Origin: Pseudosphingobacterium sp.
GTDB lineage: Bacteria; Bacteroidota; Bacteroidia; Sphingobacteriales; Sphingobacteriaceae
Assembly (NCBI GenBank): GCA_035565175.1
Contig: DATMSZ010000085.1
Location: 2,325-66,324, forward strand
Direction of reading: 5' to 3'
DNA length: 64,000 bases
The stretch's first letter is position 1. Every line of letters starts with the position of its first letter. A program made the position numbers and the translations under genes. Shown here piece after piece: positions 35,261 through 42,679 of the stretch. The notes under the pieces are model-generated. The model was not told the origin of the DNA, did not search any database, and saw only the letters and a list, made by a program, of their open reading frames with translations.

Positions 35261-36670
35261 TTACATCATCTTTGCCAGATTGCCCAGTTGCTTGAGCTTA
35301 AAGTTTAGTGCTGGCGACCAAGGTAAGCCAATACAGAGCCGCATACAGTTTTCAAATTGATTTTGTAGGGTAAACATTCGTCCTGGTGCCACACTGATTT
35401 GTTGCTTAATGGCCAACTCATATAGTTGTACGGTATCAATCCCTTTGTTAAACTCTACCCACAAGGCAAGTCCGCCTTGTGGCCTGCTCGTCTTAGTCCC
35501 GATCGGAAAATAATCAGCTATCGCTTGAATATAATGTTGACAATTATCCTGTAAAGTACGGCGGAGATGCCGGAGATGGCTTTCGTACCTACCGCTCTTT
35601 AAAAAGTTGGCAACGGCCTCCTGAACGATAGACGTAGATGAGATGGAATGAACCAATTTTAATTTGAGGATCTGCTCTTTGTATTTCCCCGGAGCAATCC
35701 AACCGACACGATAGCCCGGTGCAAGCGTTTTAGAAGCGGAACTGCACCATAAAACATTTCCTTCTTTATCGAATGATTTACAACATTTCGGACGCTGTGA
35801 GCCAAAATAAAGGTCGCCATACACATCATCCTCAATGAGAGGAATACCATGTTCTGCCAAAAGTGTTACGATCTCTTTCTTATGTTCATCAGGCATATAG
35901 CTGCCTAAAGGGGTGTTGAAGTTGGGGACCAACAAGCAAAGATTGATTTTTGGAATAGCTTCCTTTAAGGCGTTTATCTCTATTCCAGTCGTAGGATGCG
36001 TAGGCAGTTCCAATACTTTAAATCCTAGACTGATGGCCAGTTGTAAAATGCCCGGATAGCAAGGGCTTTCCATGGCGATGGTATCGCCGGGCTTTCCAAG
36101 TGCCATTAGGCAAAAAGATAAGGCGTTCATACCACCGTTAGTGGTTATCAGGTCGCTTTCGTTTAAGTTTCCTCCCCATGCGAAGGAGCGGGCGGCGACC
36201 ATTCTACGCAAGCTTATATTACCCTGCAAGGATTCATATTCTGTACCTCCTTCCCGAAGACTTCGTGTTGCCGCTACAATTTCTTTTTTCAATTTTGCCA
36301 AAGGCAATAGATCCCCGGAAGGAATTCCAATGGAGAAAAGCGTAAGGTCATCATTTCCCATATTGGCATAAACCTTACTGATGAGTTCGGTGGGTTCACT
36401 GTCATTGGCCACAGATAAGGGCCTGCTTATTTCTGGAAGGGGAAGTTTTAGATAAGATAGGCGACTTACAAAGTAGCCAGATTGTGGTTTTGAATCGATT
36501 AACGACTGTGCTTCTAGTTCCAGAAATACCCTTTTCGCGGTATTCATACTAATGCCATGTGTTTGGCATAATATCCTTACGGAGGGCAACCGCTCGCCGG
36601 CTTTTAGAACACCGTTCCTGATCTGAAAAGCAATACCGTTTGCTATTTCCTTATATAAATAATCCTTCAT
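35261..36670 (-). CDS. MocR-type regulator (GntR HTH fused to a PLP-dependent aminotransferase-fold domain)
   Basis: GntR HTH (LPSVRILCQTHGISMNTAKRVFLELEAQSLI). Aminotransferase-fold Lys motif (SSASKTLAPGYRVGW). I prefer the ATG at 36670 (MKDYLYKEI). Confidence 0.85.
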   Translation of the reverse strand: MKDYLYKEIANGIAFQIRNGVLKAGERLPSVRILCQTHGISMNTAKRVFLELEAQSLIDSKPQSGYFVSRLSYLKLPLPEISRPLSVANDSEPTELISKVYANMGNDDLTLFSIGIPSGDLLPLAKLKKEIVAATRSLREGGTEYESLQGNISLRRMVAARSFAWGGNLNESDLITTNGGMNALSFCLMALGKPGDTIAMESPCYPGILQLAISLGFKVLELPTHPTTGIEINALKEAIPKINLCLLVPNFNTPLGSYMPDEHKKEIVTLLAEHGIPLIEDDVYGDLYFGSQRPKCCKSFDKEGNVLWCSSASKTLAPGYRVGWIAPGKYKEQILKLKLVHSISSTSIVQEAVANFLKSGRYESHLRHLRRTLQDNCQHYIQAIADYFPIGTKTSRPQGGLALWVEFNKGIDTVQLYELAIKQQISVAPGRMFTLQNQFENCMRLCIGLPWSPALNFKLKQLGNLAKMM

Positions 36671-36716
36671 GATAAATACAACTGTGTCCTTGCGAATATA
36701 CAAAACTGAGACTGTG

Positions 36717-36743
36717 TTTGTTGGTTATTCCTGTCTATTTTTG
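36717..36743 (+). promoter_or_regulatory. Candidate promoter of the EamA transporter gene (TTTG-N15-TATTTTTG)
   Basis: TTTG at 36717-36720 and a TAnnTTTG match at 36736-36743, 18 bp before the ATG at 36761. The spacer is on the short side. Confidence 0.4.
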
Positions 36744-36760
36744 CTTAGAAATTAATTATT

Positions 36761-37669
36761 ATGGATACAGTAACTACTACTACTACTACTACTAAATTAA
36801 CGGAAAATGCTTCAAGCGGTTGGGTGAACGGTTTTCTTGGTGTACTCATATTCAGTGGCTCATTACCCGCAACAAGGGTAGCGGTCTTAGATTTTGATCC
36901 CATATTTTTAACGGTTGCCCGTGCAACGATTGCAGGTATTATTGCTCTTTTTATCCTTCAAATTTTCAAGGAAAGGCGTCCAACAAAAGCGCAGCTTTTC
37001 CCCTTGGCCGTTGTGGCAATAGGTGTGGTGCTTGGATTTCCATTGCTGAGCGCGCTGGCCTTACAGTATGTTACTTCGGCACATTCTATCGTTTTTATTG
37101 GTTTATTGCCGCTTAGCACGGCTATATTCGGTGTCATGCGGGGCGGCGAACGCCCACAACCTACATTTTGGTTCTTTTCGGTGATGGGAAGTTTGCTGGT
37201 TATTGGTTTTGCCGTAGTTCAAGGCCTGTCGGCATCACCTGTAGGAGATATCCTGATGTTGCTGGCGGTTCTCCTATGTGGACTTGGCTATGCAGAAGGA
37301 GCAAAATTATCCAAAACATTGGGTGGTTGGCAAGTGATCTCTTGGGCTTTGGTGTTGTCGTTGCCTTTCATGCTTCCCTTGACGTTTTTCCTGTTGCCTT
37401 CATCATTCGTAGAAATAGGAGTGAATGCCTGGATTGGTCTCGTTTATGTATCCTTGTTCAGCATGTTTATTGGCTTTGTGTTCTGGTATCGCGGATTAGC
37501 GCAGGGAGGAATTGCTGCAGTTGGCCAACTCCAGCTGTTACAGCCTTTTTTTGGATTGGCTCTCGCCGCTACTCTACTGCACGAAAAGGTCAGTATTGGC
37601 ATGCTGGGAGTAACAGTCGGCGTTATTCTTTGTGTTGCTGGATCAAAGAGATTTGCAGCTAGGTCATAA
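36761..37669 (+). CDS. DMT-superfamily (EamA-like) transporter
   Basis: About ten hydrophobic helices in a duplicated EamA-like arrangement. It is divergent from the MocR regulator, a frequent pairing. Confidence 0.8.
   Translation: MDTVTTTTTTTKLTENASSGWVNGFLGVLIFSGSLPATRVAVLDFDPIFLTVARATIAGIIALFILQIFKERRPTKAQLFPLAVVAIGVVLGFPLLSALALQYVTSAHSIVFIGLLPLSTAIFGVMRGGERPQPTFWFFSVMGSLLVIGFAVVQGLSASPVGDILMLLAVLLCGLGYAEGAKLSKTLGGWQVISWALVLSLPFMLPLTFFLLPSSFVEIGVNAWIGLVYVSLFSMFIGFVFWYRGLAQGGIAAVGQLQLLQPFFGLALAATLLHEKVSIGMLGVTVGVILCVAGSKRFAARS
36773..36793 (+). repeat. (ACT)7 trinucleotide microsatellite encoding poly-Thr
   Basis: Seven perfect ACT units, in frame, at codons 5-11 of the transporter (MDTVTTTTTTTK). 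Confidence 0.95.
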
Positions 37670-37785
37670 GTTCCCCGCCAGACTCAACAACATTATTTAT
37701 ATGAGAATAATTAAGTGTTAATAATATTTAATTTTATATTTATCAGCGGATCGTTTTTTAGGTACTTAAGTTATCAGCAAGAAAA

Positions 37786-38214
37786 ATGAAAATGACTGAT
37801 TTGATTATTGGAGGATTGCTGCTATTAGGAATTGGATTATTGGTAATGGCAATTTGGCAATACACTAAGACAAAAACATTGTTGCATACAGGTATTAGAA
37901 CGGAAGCTACTGTAGTGGGGAATGTCTTGGTAGAATCTGTATCTGACCAAGGAACATCAATGATGTACCAGCCGATAATGGAATACGTTGTTAATGGAAT
38001 TCGACAAAAATATGTGGCTACGATGAAGTCTAATCCGCCCTCATATGCCATTGGTGAAAAGGTTGCGATTATTTATACGGAAACTGATCCGCAAGATGTT
38101 CGCATCGTTTCGTATTGGGGTCTACACCTGGCAAGTATCATTTTACTGGCATTTGCCATGCCTATATTAACAATTTGTGGCGGATATTTTTTATTTAAAA
38201 TAGGGCTTATTTAG
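37786..38214 (+). CDS. DUF3592-like small membrane protein
   Basis: Architecture is transmembrane helix, beta-rich middle, then C-terminal transmembrane helices. An AT-rich region lies upstream. Confidence 0.55.
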   Translation: MKMTDLIIGGLLLLGIGLLVMAIWQYTKTKTLLHTGIRTEATVVGNVLVESVSDQGTSMMYQPIMEYVVNGIRQKYVATMKSNPPSYAIGEKVAIIYTETDPQDVRIVSYWGLHLASIILLAFAMPILTICGGYFLFKIGLI

Positions 38215-38227
38215 CGTATGTAATATT

Positions 38228-38776
38228 ATGTCAGAACAATGTTCACTTTATGTGCAAATTAAGATTAAAAAAGAGAAACTAACGGCATTCTTTGAAGATA
38301 AACCCACACCAACGTTAATTGATGATAATTGGTTGGCATGGTGGGACAGTAGGAAGATGTATTCAAAACCATCATTAACAGATGTTCCCATCTACCCGAT
38401 TCCTACTAATGGAGCGATTATTCAAGAATTTATGAAAGATACCCGAATGGGGTGCTCCGAAAATTATGATGACGAAAGCGGTATATGGTATTTAGGTGTC
38501 GTTTTCTTTAGTGAGAATTACACGGAGATCTTACCCATGCTTGCTTGGTTAAAAAGTTTGGCAAACTATCAGGAAGAAGAAGAAAGAGGTGTAGCGATAA
38601 TTTACGACTTCTATTGGGGAGATAATTCAGTAATGGCATATATGGAGTTTTCTGAAAAAAAAGCACTATTGATGCGTCAATCCGAGACCTCAGAAATTCG
38701 TTCTAATATATTATCACAAGCTACTCAAAAATTGGAAAGCATTGTGGAGGAGTTTCAGAAACGATATGAAGAGTGA
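38228..38776 (+). CDS. Hypothetical cytoplasmic protein (no recognisable family)
   Basis: A 182-aa ORF lying 13 bp after the DUF3592 gene, acidic, with no signal peptide. A hairpin follows it. Confidence 0.5.
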   Translation: MSEQCSLYVQIKIKKEKLTAFFEDKPTPTLIDDNWLAWWDSRKMYSKPSLTDVPIYPIPTNGAIIQEFMKDTRMGCSENYDDESGIWYLGVVFFSENYTEILPMLAWLKSLANYQEEEERGVAIIYDFYWGDNSVMAYMEFSEKKALLMRQSETSEIRSNILSQATQKLESIVEEFQKRYEE

Positions 38777-38781
38777 TTATA

Positions 38782-38816
38782 AAGCCAAGGTTGCGTAGAT
38801 AAGGCCGCCTTGGCTT
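38782..38816. terminator. Hairpin between convergent genes
   Basis: AAGCCAAGG (38782-38790) pairs perfectly with CCTTGGCTT (38808-38816), with a 17-nt loop. It lies between the stops at 38776 (+) and 38826 (-). Confidence 0.45.
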
Positions 38817-38825
38817 ATATGGAAA

Positions 38826-39389
38826 TTAACCGTTGATATAGGTGTCTAAAATAATTCCGTTCTTATAAGAAGTTGATTTTTTGAGCTTTAACGGCTTTCT
38901 GTCTTTAAAAATTTTTAGTCCATCGCCTATGGCAATTGGATTAATAAATAAATGGTACTCATCAATTAAATCATATGCTATCAAAGTGCTAACGAATTGG
39001 GCGCCACCATATACGATAATATCCTTACCCGGTTTGTTTTTGAGGGCCTCTACAGCAGCTCTGAGATCACCATTTTCAACTTCAACATTTCTACCCTTTA
39101 TAACCGATTGCTGTTTGCTGAAAGCGATCTTACGCATTTGTACCAACTTTTTGGCTACAGGATATTCCGGACTATCGGGCTGGTTATCGGCTACGTTTTC
39201 CCAATAATTGACAATCTCGTTGGTTGTTTTGCGGCCCAATATAATGGTATCACTACTGTCTAGGAGGGCGTTTATCAAGTCATTCAGCGCTTGATCCGAG
39301 CCGAAGCTCCCGATCCAGTCCAGTTGTCCTTCGGGGCCGGCTACAAAGCCGTCCAAGCTCATGTGCATCTGCAATTTTAATTTTCTCAT
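38826..39389 (-). CDS. Dihydrofolate-reductase-like (RibD C-terminal domain) family protein
   Basis: MSLDGFVAGPEGQLDWI, DTIILGRKT and IIVYGGAQFV motifs. Confidence 0.8.
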   Translation of the reverse strand: MRKLKLQMHMSLDGFVAGPEGQLDWIGSFGSDQALNDLINALLDSSDTIILGRKTTNEIVNYWENVADNQPDSPEYPVAKKLVQMRKIAFSKQQSVIKGRNVEVENGDLRAAVEALKNKPGKDIIVYGGAQFVSTLIAYDLIDEYHLFINPIAIGDGLKIFKDRKPLKLKKSTSYKNGIILDTYING

Positions 39390-39417
39390 GTTTATTAGTT
39401 TTATTAAATTGGTAATT

Positions 39418-39446
39418 CAAAGATACGTGATTGGTAATCACGCAAA
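39418..39446 (-). promoter_or_regulatory. Candidate promoter (TTTG-N17-TATCTTTG) whose 17-bp spacer is exactly a perfect inverted repeat (operator)
   Basis: On the minus strand, TTTG is at 39446-39443 and TATCTTTG at 39425-39418, with 28 nt to the ATG at 39389. The spacer at 39426-39442 is CGTGATTggtAATCACG. Confidence 0.5.
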
Positions 39447-39633
39447 GGGGTATGGTTACGACATTCTAGCGGTATGATTACGCCCCAGGATTGTGTTAAC
39501 GTGTTATAAATCAATAGCAAATGACTTGTGCTTTTTGATAAGGATTCTTTTAAATAAATGAAGGGAAGCTGACATAGGGTTGTCACTAGATAACGTAGCT
39601 TTGTACCTATGTTATACGGAAAAGACCTTTATT

Positions 39634-40500
39634 ATGCATGCTGCTATTGATACCTTGTTCGAGTCTGATTTCTATCGTATCCTGAATTTTAAATGTCGTT
39701 GTACAGATTGCCATATTTCCAAGCCCGAATACAGTGACGCTTTCAGCATCAGTTTTATCCGAAAAGGGAATTTTATATTTAACATATTCCGTAATGCGCT
39801 GGATTGCTATACGGGGGGTGTCCTGGTAACGAAACCACTTTTTGAGCGTACTGTAACACATGCGCATACGGTACCGGATGAATGTACCATCTTTGAATTT
39901 AAGCAGTCGTTTTATCCGATATTACTGGAGCGGTACGGGCAGAAAGGTTTTTTTCGGAATAATGATATTCATTCTACACTTATAAGAGGTTGTGTGGAGG
40001 CAGAGGTCATCCACCATCACGTTTTTCAGCTACTAAACGAAAATGCTTCGGTTGATAAGCTGCAGCTGGATCAGCTGGTGATTGAGATGATGACCTATGT
40101 TTTTGAAAGAGTTACCGTTTATTTGCCTAACGAGCGTATTCATCAACGGTTGAAGCAGCATCACTTAAGTACCATTGAAACAGCTAAATATTTCATTGGG
40201 GAGAACTTTAAAGAAGATATTTCGCTGAAGCAAGTCGCCGATCATTGTAATGTTAGTGTTTTTCACTTTAGCAGGTTATTTAAACTTTTTACTACGCTTT
40301 CTCCTTATCAATTTCTGTTGGCCCTGCGCCTTCAACATGCCAAGCAATTGCTTCGGCAGACGGACTTAACGATAGCTACCGTAGCTTTCTCCTCGGGATT
40401 TAATAATGTGGAACATTTTACGGCTGCCTTCAGTAAAAGGTATGTTGATCCTCCGGGTAGATTCAGAGAAAGTGCGGCACGGTTGCAGCTATTAAAATGA
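39634..40500 (+). CDS. AraC-family transcriptional regulator
   Basis: C-terminal HTH (LKQVADHCNVSVFHFSRLFK ... VAFSSGFNNVEHFTAAFSKRY). The track start at 39580 is a TTG, so I prefer the ATG at 39634. Confidence 0.8.
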   Translation: MHAAIDTLFESDFYRILNFKCRCTDCHISKPEYSDAFSISFIRKGNFIFNIFRNALDCYTGGVLVTKPLFERTVTHAHTVPDECTIFEFKQSFYPILLERYGQKGFFRNNDIHSTLIRGCVEAEVIHHHVFQLLNENASVDKLQLDQLVIEMMTYVFERVTVYLPNERIHQRLKQHHLSTIETAKYFIGENFKEDISLKQVADHCNVSVFHFSRLFKLFTTLSPYQFLLALRLQHAKQLLRQTDLTIATVAFSSGFNNVEHFTAAFSKRYVDPPGRFRESAARLQLLK

Positions 40501-40565
40501 GCAAGAATTCGTAAGTCGTTGCTGCAATTGCTGGGTACTTTTGCTTCATATCAATAACAGATAAG

Positions 40566-40973
40566 ATGAAGGAAAATTTATTGAAAGCGATTGCAAATTC
40601 TAGGAATTACACGCTGCGCACGGCAGAGCTCATGCCACTAGAAACCTATAACACAAAATTAACAGACCAAAACTGGAACTTTGGTGAATTGCTGAGCCAT
40701 GTGGCTTATAGTATCGGTTGGTGGACAGATAATTATGTGTTGGTTAAAGAGACAGGTTGGAATCCTCCCACTCCAAACGTAGATAAATTAACCATCATTG
40801 TTAAACTGAAAGAGGCTTTTGATCAATTCGAGCAGAAAATTCAAGAGATCTCTCTTAATCCTCAATCCTTACACGGTGCCTATGCCACACTTGATCATGT
40901 GACCCATCATCGAGGTCAGTGTGTGCTGTTTTTACGCCAACAAGGGATTGAACCACCAGAATATATTTATTAA
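40566..40973 (+). CDS. DinB-family (four-helix-bundle metalloprotein) protein
   Basis: LSHVAYSIGWW and LDHVTHHRGQCVLFLRQQG motifs. Confidence 0.75.
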   Translation: MKENLLKAIANSRNYTLRTAELMPLETYNTKLTDQNWNFGELLSHVAYSIGWWTDNYVLVKETGWNPPTPNVDKLTIIVKLKEAFDQFEQKIQEISLNPQSLHGAYATLDHVTHHRGQCVLFLRQQGIEPPEYIY

Positions 40974-40989
40974 GTTTAAAAGGACAACA

Positions 40990-41280
40990 ATGGTTTATTA
41001 TATAAATAGTTACGATATACACGATTGGGATGTCTACCAGCATTATTCACCTAGCGTGCTTCCCATTTTGGAACGATATGGAGCAGAAGTGCTGGCGGCC
41101 GATACGAAAGCTTTGGCTGTGGAGGGCAAAGCGAGTTCAATGCACGCCGTTATTCGTTTCCCATCGCGCGAAGCAGCCTTAGCTTGTTATCAAGATCCGG
41201 AATATGAAGAGGCAAAAGCCATTAGGCACCGCTCGTGTAACAGTTGCACCATGGTAGTGGTGGAGGAAATAGTAGATTAA
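40990..41280 (+). CDS. DUF1330-family protein
   Basis: MVYYINSYDIHDWDVYQHY...VIRFPSREAALACYQDPEYEEAKAIR. I prefer the ATG at 40990 over the overlapping track start at 40921. Confidence 0.7.
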   Translation: MVYYINSYDIHDWDVYQHYSPSVLPILERYGAEVLAADTKALAVEGKASSMHAVIRFPSREAALACYQDPEYEEAKAIRHRSCNSCTMVVVEEIVD

Positions 41281-41308
41281 TGATTTTTCCACGAATAGAA
41301 GAACTCAT

Positions 41309-41348
41309 AGAGAGAAGGATCTTGCATTGTCTTAGATCCTTTCTCTCT
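41309..41348 (+). terminator. Strong hairpin downstream of the DUF1330 gene
   Basis: AGAGAGAAGGATC (41309-41321) pairs with GATCCTTTCTCTCT (41335-41348): 13 bp with one bulged T and a 13-nt loop. Confidence 0.5.
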
Positions 41349-41421
41349 TGGGATTAACTAAAAGGTTAGTAGATCCGATAATTTTCTCATATTTGATTAC
41401 TGTTGTGAATGTATATTCAAT

Positions 41422-42576
41422 ATGAAAAAATTACTTTCTCCTATGATTAAAGAATTTGAAGTAAAGATAGCTGATGAGGTTCTCATCGACTTGAAAATGC
41501 GATTGGAAAATAGTCGTTGGATTGCCGATAATGTGGCGATGGCTTGGCAGTATGGTACCAATAAGTCGTACTTAAAGGACTTGGTAGATTATTGGCAAAA
41601 CACCTTTAGTTGGAGGGAAGTAGAAGATAAGATTAACCGCTTTCCAAATTACATAGCAGCTATCGACGGTTTCCAGATTCATTTTGTCTATATCCGGTCG
41701 AAAGCAGAACGATCAATCCCACTCATCATTACACATGGTTGGCCGGGATCTTTTTTAGAAATGCTGCACCTTATTCCGCTGCTTACAGAAGATACGGTTT
41801 TTTCTTTTGATCTTGTTATTCCATCCTTGCCGGGCTTCGGTTTTTCTTCTTTGCCAACACCACATGGGTGTTCTTCTCGCACGGTGGCAACCTTATGGCA
41901 GAAATTGATGAAGGAGTTGGGCTATGAACGATTTGCTGTACAAGGGGGAGATATTGGCGCTGGCGTATCATCGTATATAGGGTTGTTATACCCCGAGAAC
42001 GTTATTGGGATGCATCTAAATTATATTCCGGGTTCTTATAAACCATTTATTGAGCCCGATGAAATCGATTCGGACGAAATAATTGCATATAAAAAAAAGG
42101 CAACCGAATGGTATAACAGGGAAGGGGCTTACAGTTTTTTGCAAAGTACAAAGCCTGCGACACCAGCTTATGGACTGAATGATTCGCCACTAGGCCTATG
42201 CGCATGGATTTTGGAAAAATTTATGTCCTGGAGTGATCATGACGGTGATATGGAGCATGTTTTTTCAAAGGATGAATTGCTAGCAAATATTACTTTGTAT
42301 TGGGTCACACAGTCGATTTATAGTTCTTTCTGCATTTATAATGAAAATAGTAAACAATCGCTTCAATTAAAAAAGGGCGAGTTCATATCCCCGCCATTAT
42401 GTTTTGCCAAATTTCCGAGGGAGTTACCAACACCCCCACGTGTGCTAGTTAGTAAAGGGTATCATATTAAAGAATGGATTGAAATGCCACGAGGTGGCCA
42501 TTTTGCCGCTTTAGAACAGCCACAATTGTTGGCAGAAAGTATCAAGAACTTCTTTATGCAACTGACTTTGGCGTAA
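41422..42576 (+). CDS. Epoxide hydrolase (microsomal EH-like, alpha/beta hydrolase with an N-terminal EHN domain)
   Basis: EHN-like N-terminus followed by IITHGWPGSFLEM and the alpha/beta-hydrolase core. Confidence 0.8.
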   Translation: MKKLLSPMIKEFEVKIADEVLIDLKMRLENSRWIADNVAMAWQYGTNKSYLKDLVDYWQNTFSWREVEDKINRFPNYIAAIDGFQIHFVYIRSKAERSIPLIITHGWPGSFLEMLHLIPLLTEDTVFSFDLVIPSLPGFGFSSLPTPHGCSSRTVATLWQKLMKELGYERFAVQGGDIGAGVSSYIGLLYPENVIGMHLNYIPGSYKPFIEPDEIDSDEIIAYKKKATEWYNREGAYSFLQSTKPATPAYGLNDSPLGLCAWILEKFMSWSDHDGDMEHVFSKDELLANITLYWVTQSIYSSFCIYNENSKQSLQLKKGEFISPPLCFAKFPRELPTPPRVLVSKGYHIKEWIEMPRGGHFAALEQPQLLAESIKNFFMQLTLA

Positions 42577-42647
42577 TACTTTAATGATTTATTTGTTGCC
42601 TATCATCTTTAGCAGATTAAAATGCTATGGATTAAGGAAAGAATCTA

Positions 42648-42655
42648 TATATTTG
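42648..42655 (+). promoter_or_regulatory. Candidate -7 box (TATATTTG) upstream of the TonB-dependent receptor
   Basis: Matches TAnnTTTG and lies 25 bp before the ATG at 42680, flanked by AATCTATA repeats. There is no clear -33 element. Confidence 0.3.
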
Positions 42656-42679
42656 TCTACTTAATCTATAGATTTTATT

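Noticed and set aside
37168-37662. 164-aa + strand ORF overlapping the EamA transporter gene in another frame
   Set aside because: It is Arg/Cys/Trp-rich, as expected for an off-frame reading of a membrane-protein gene. The transporter frame is clearly the real one.
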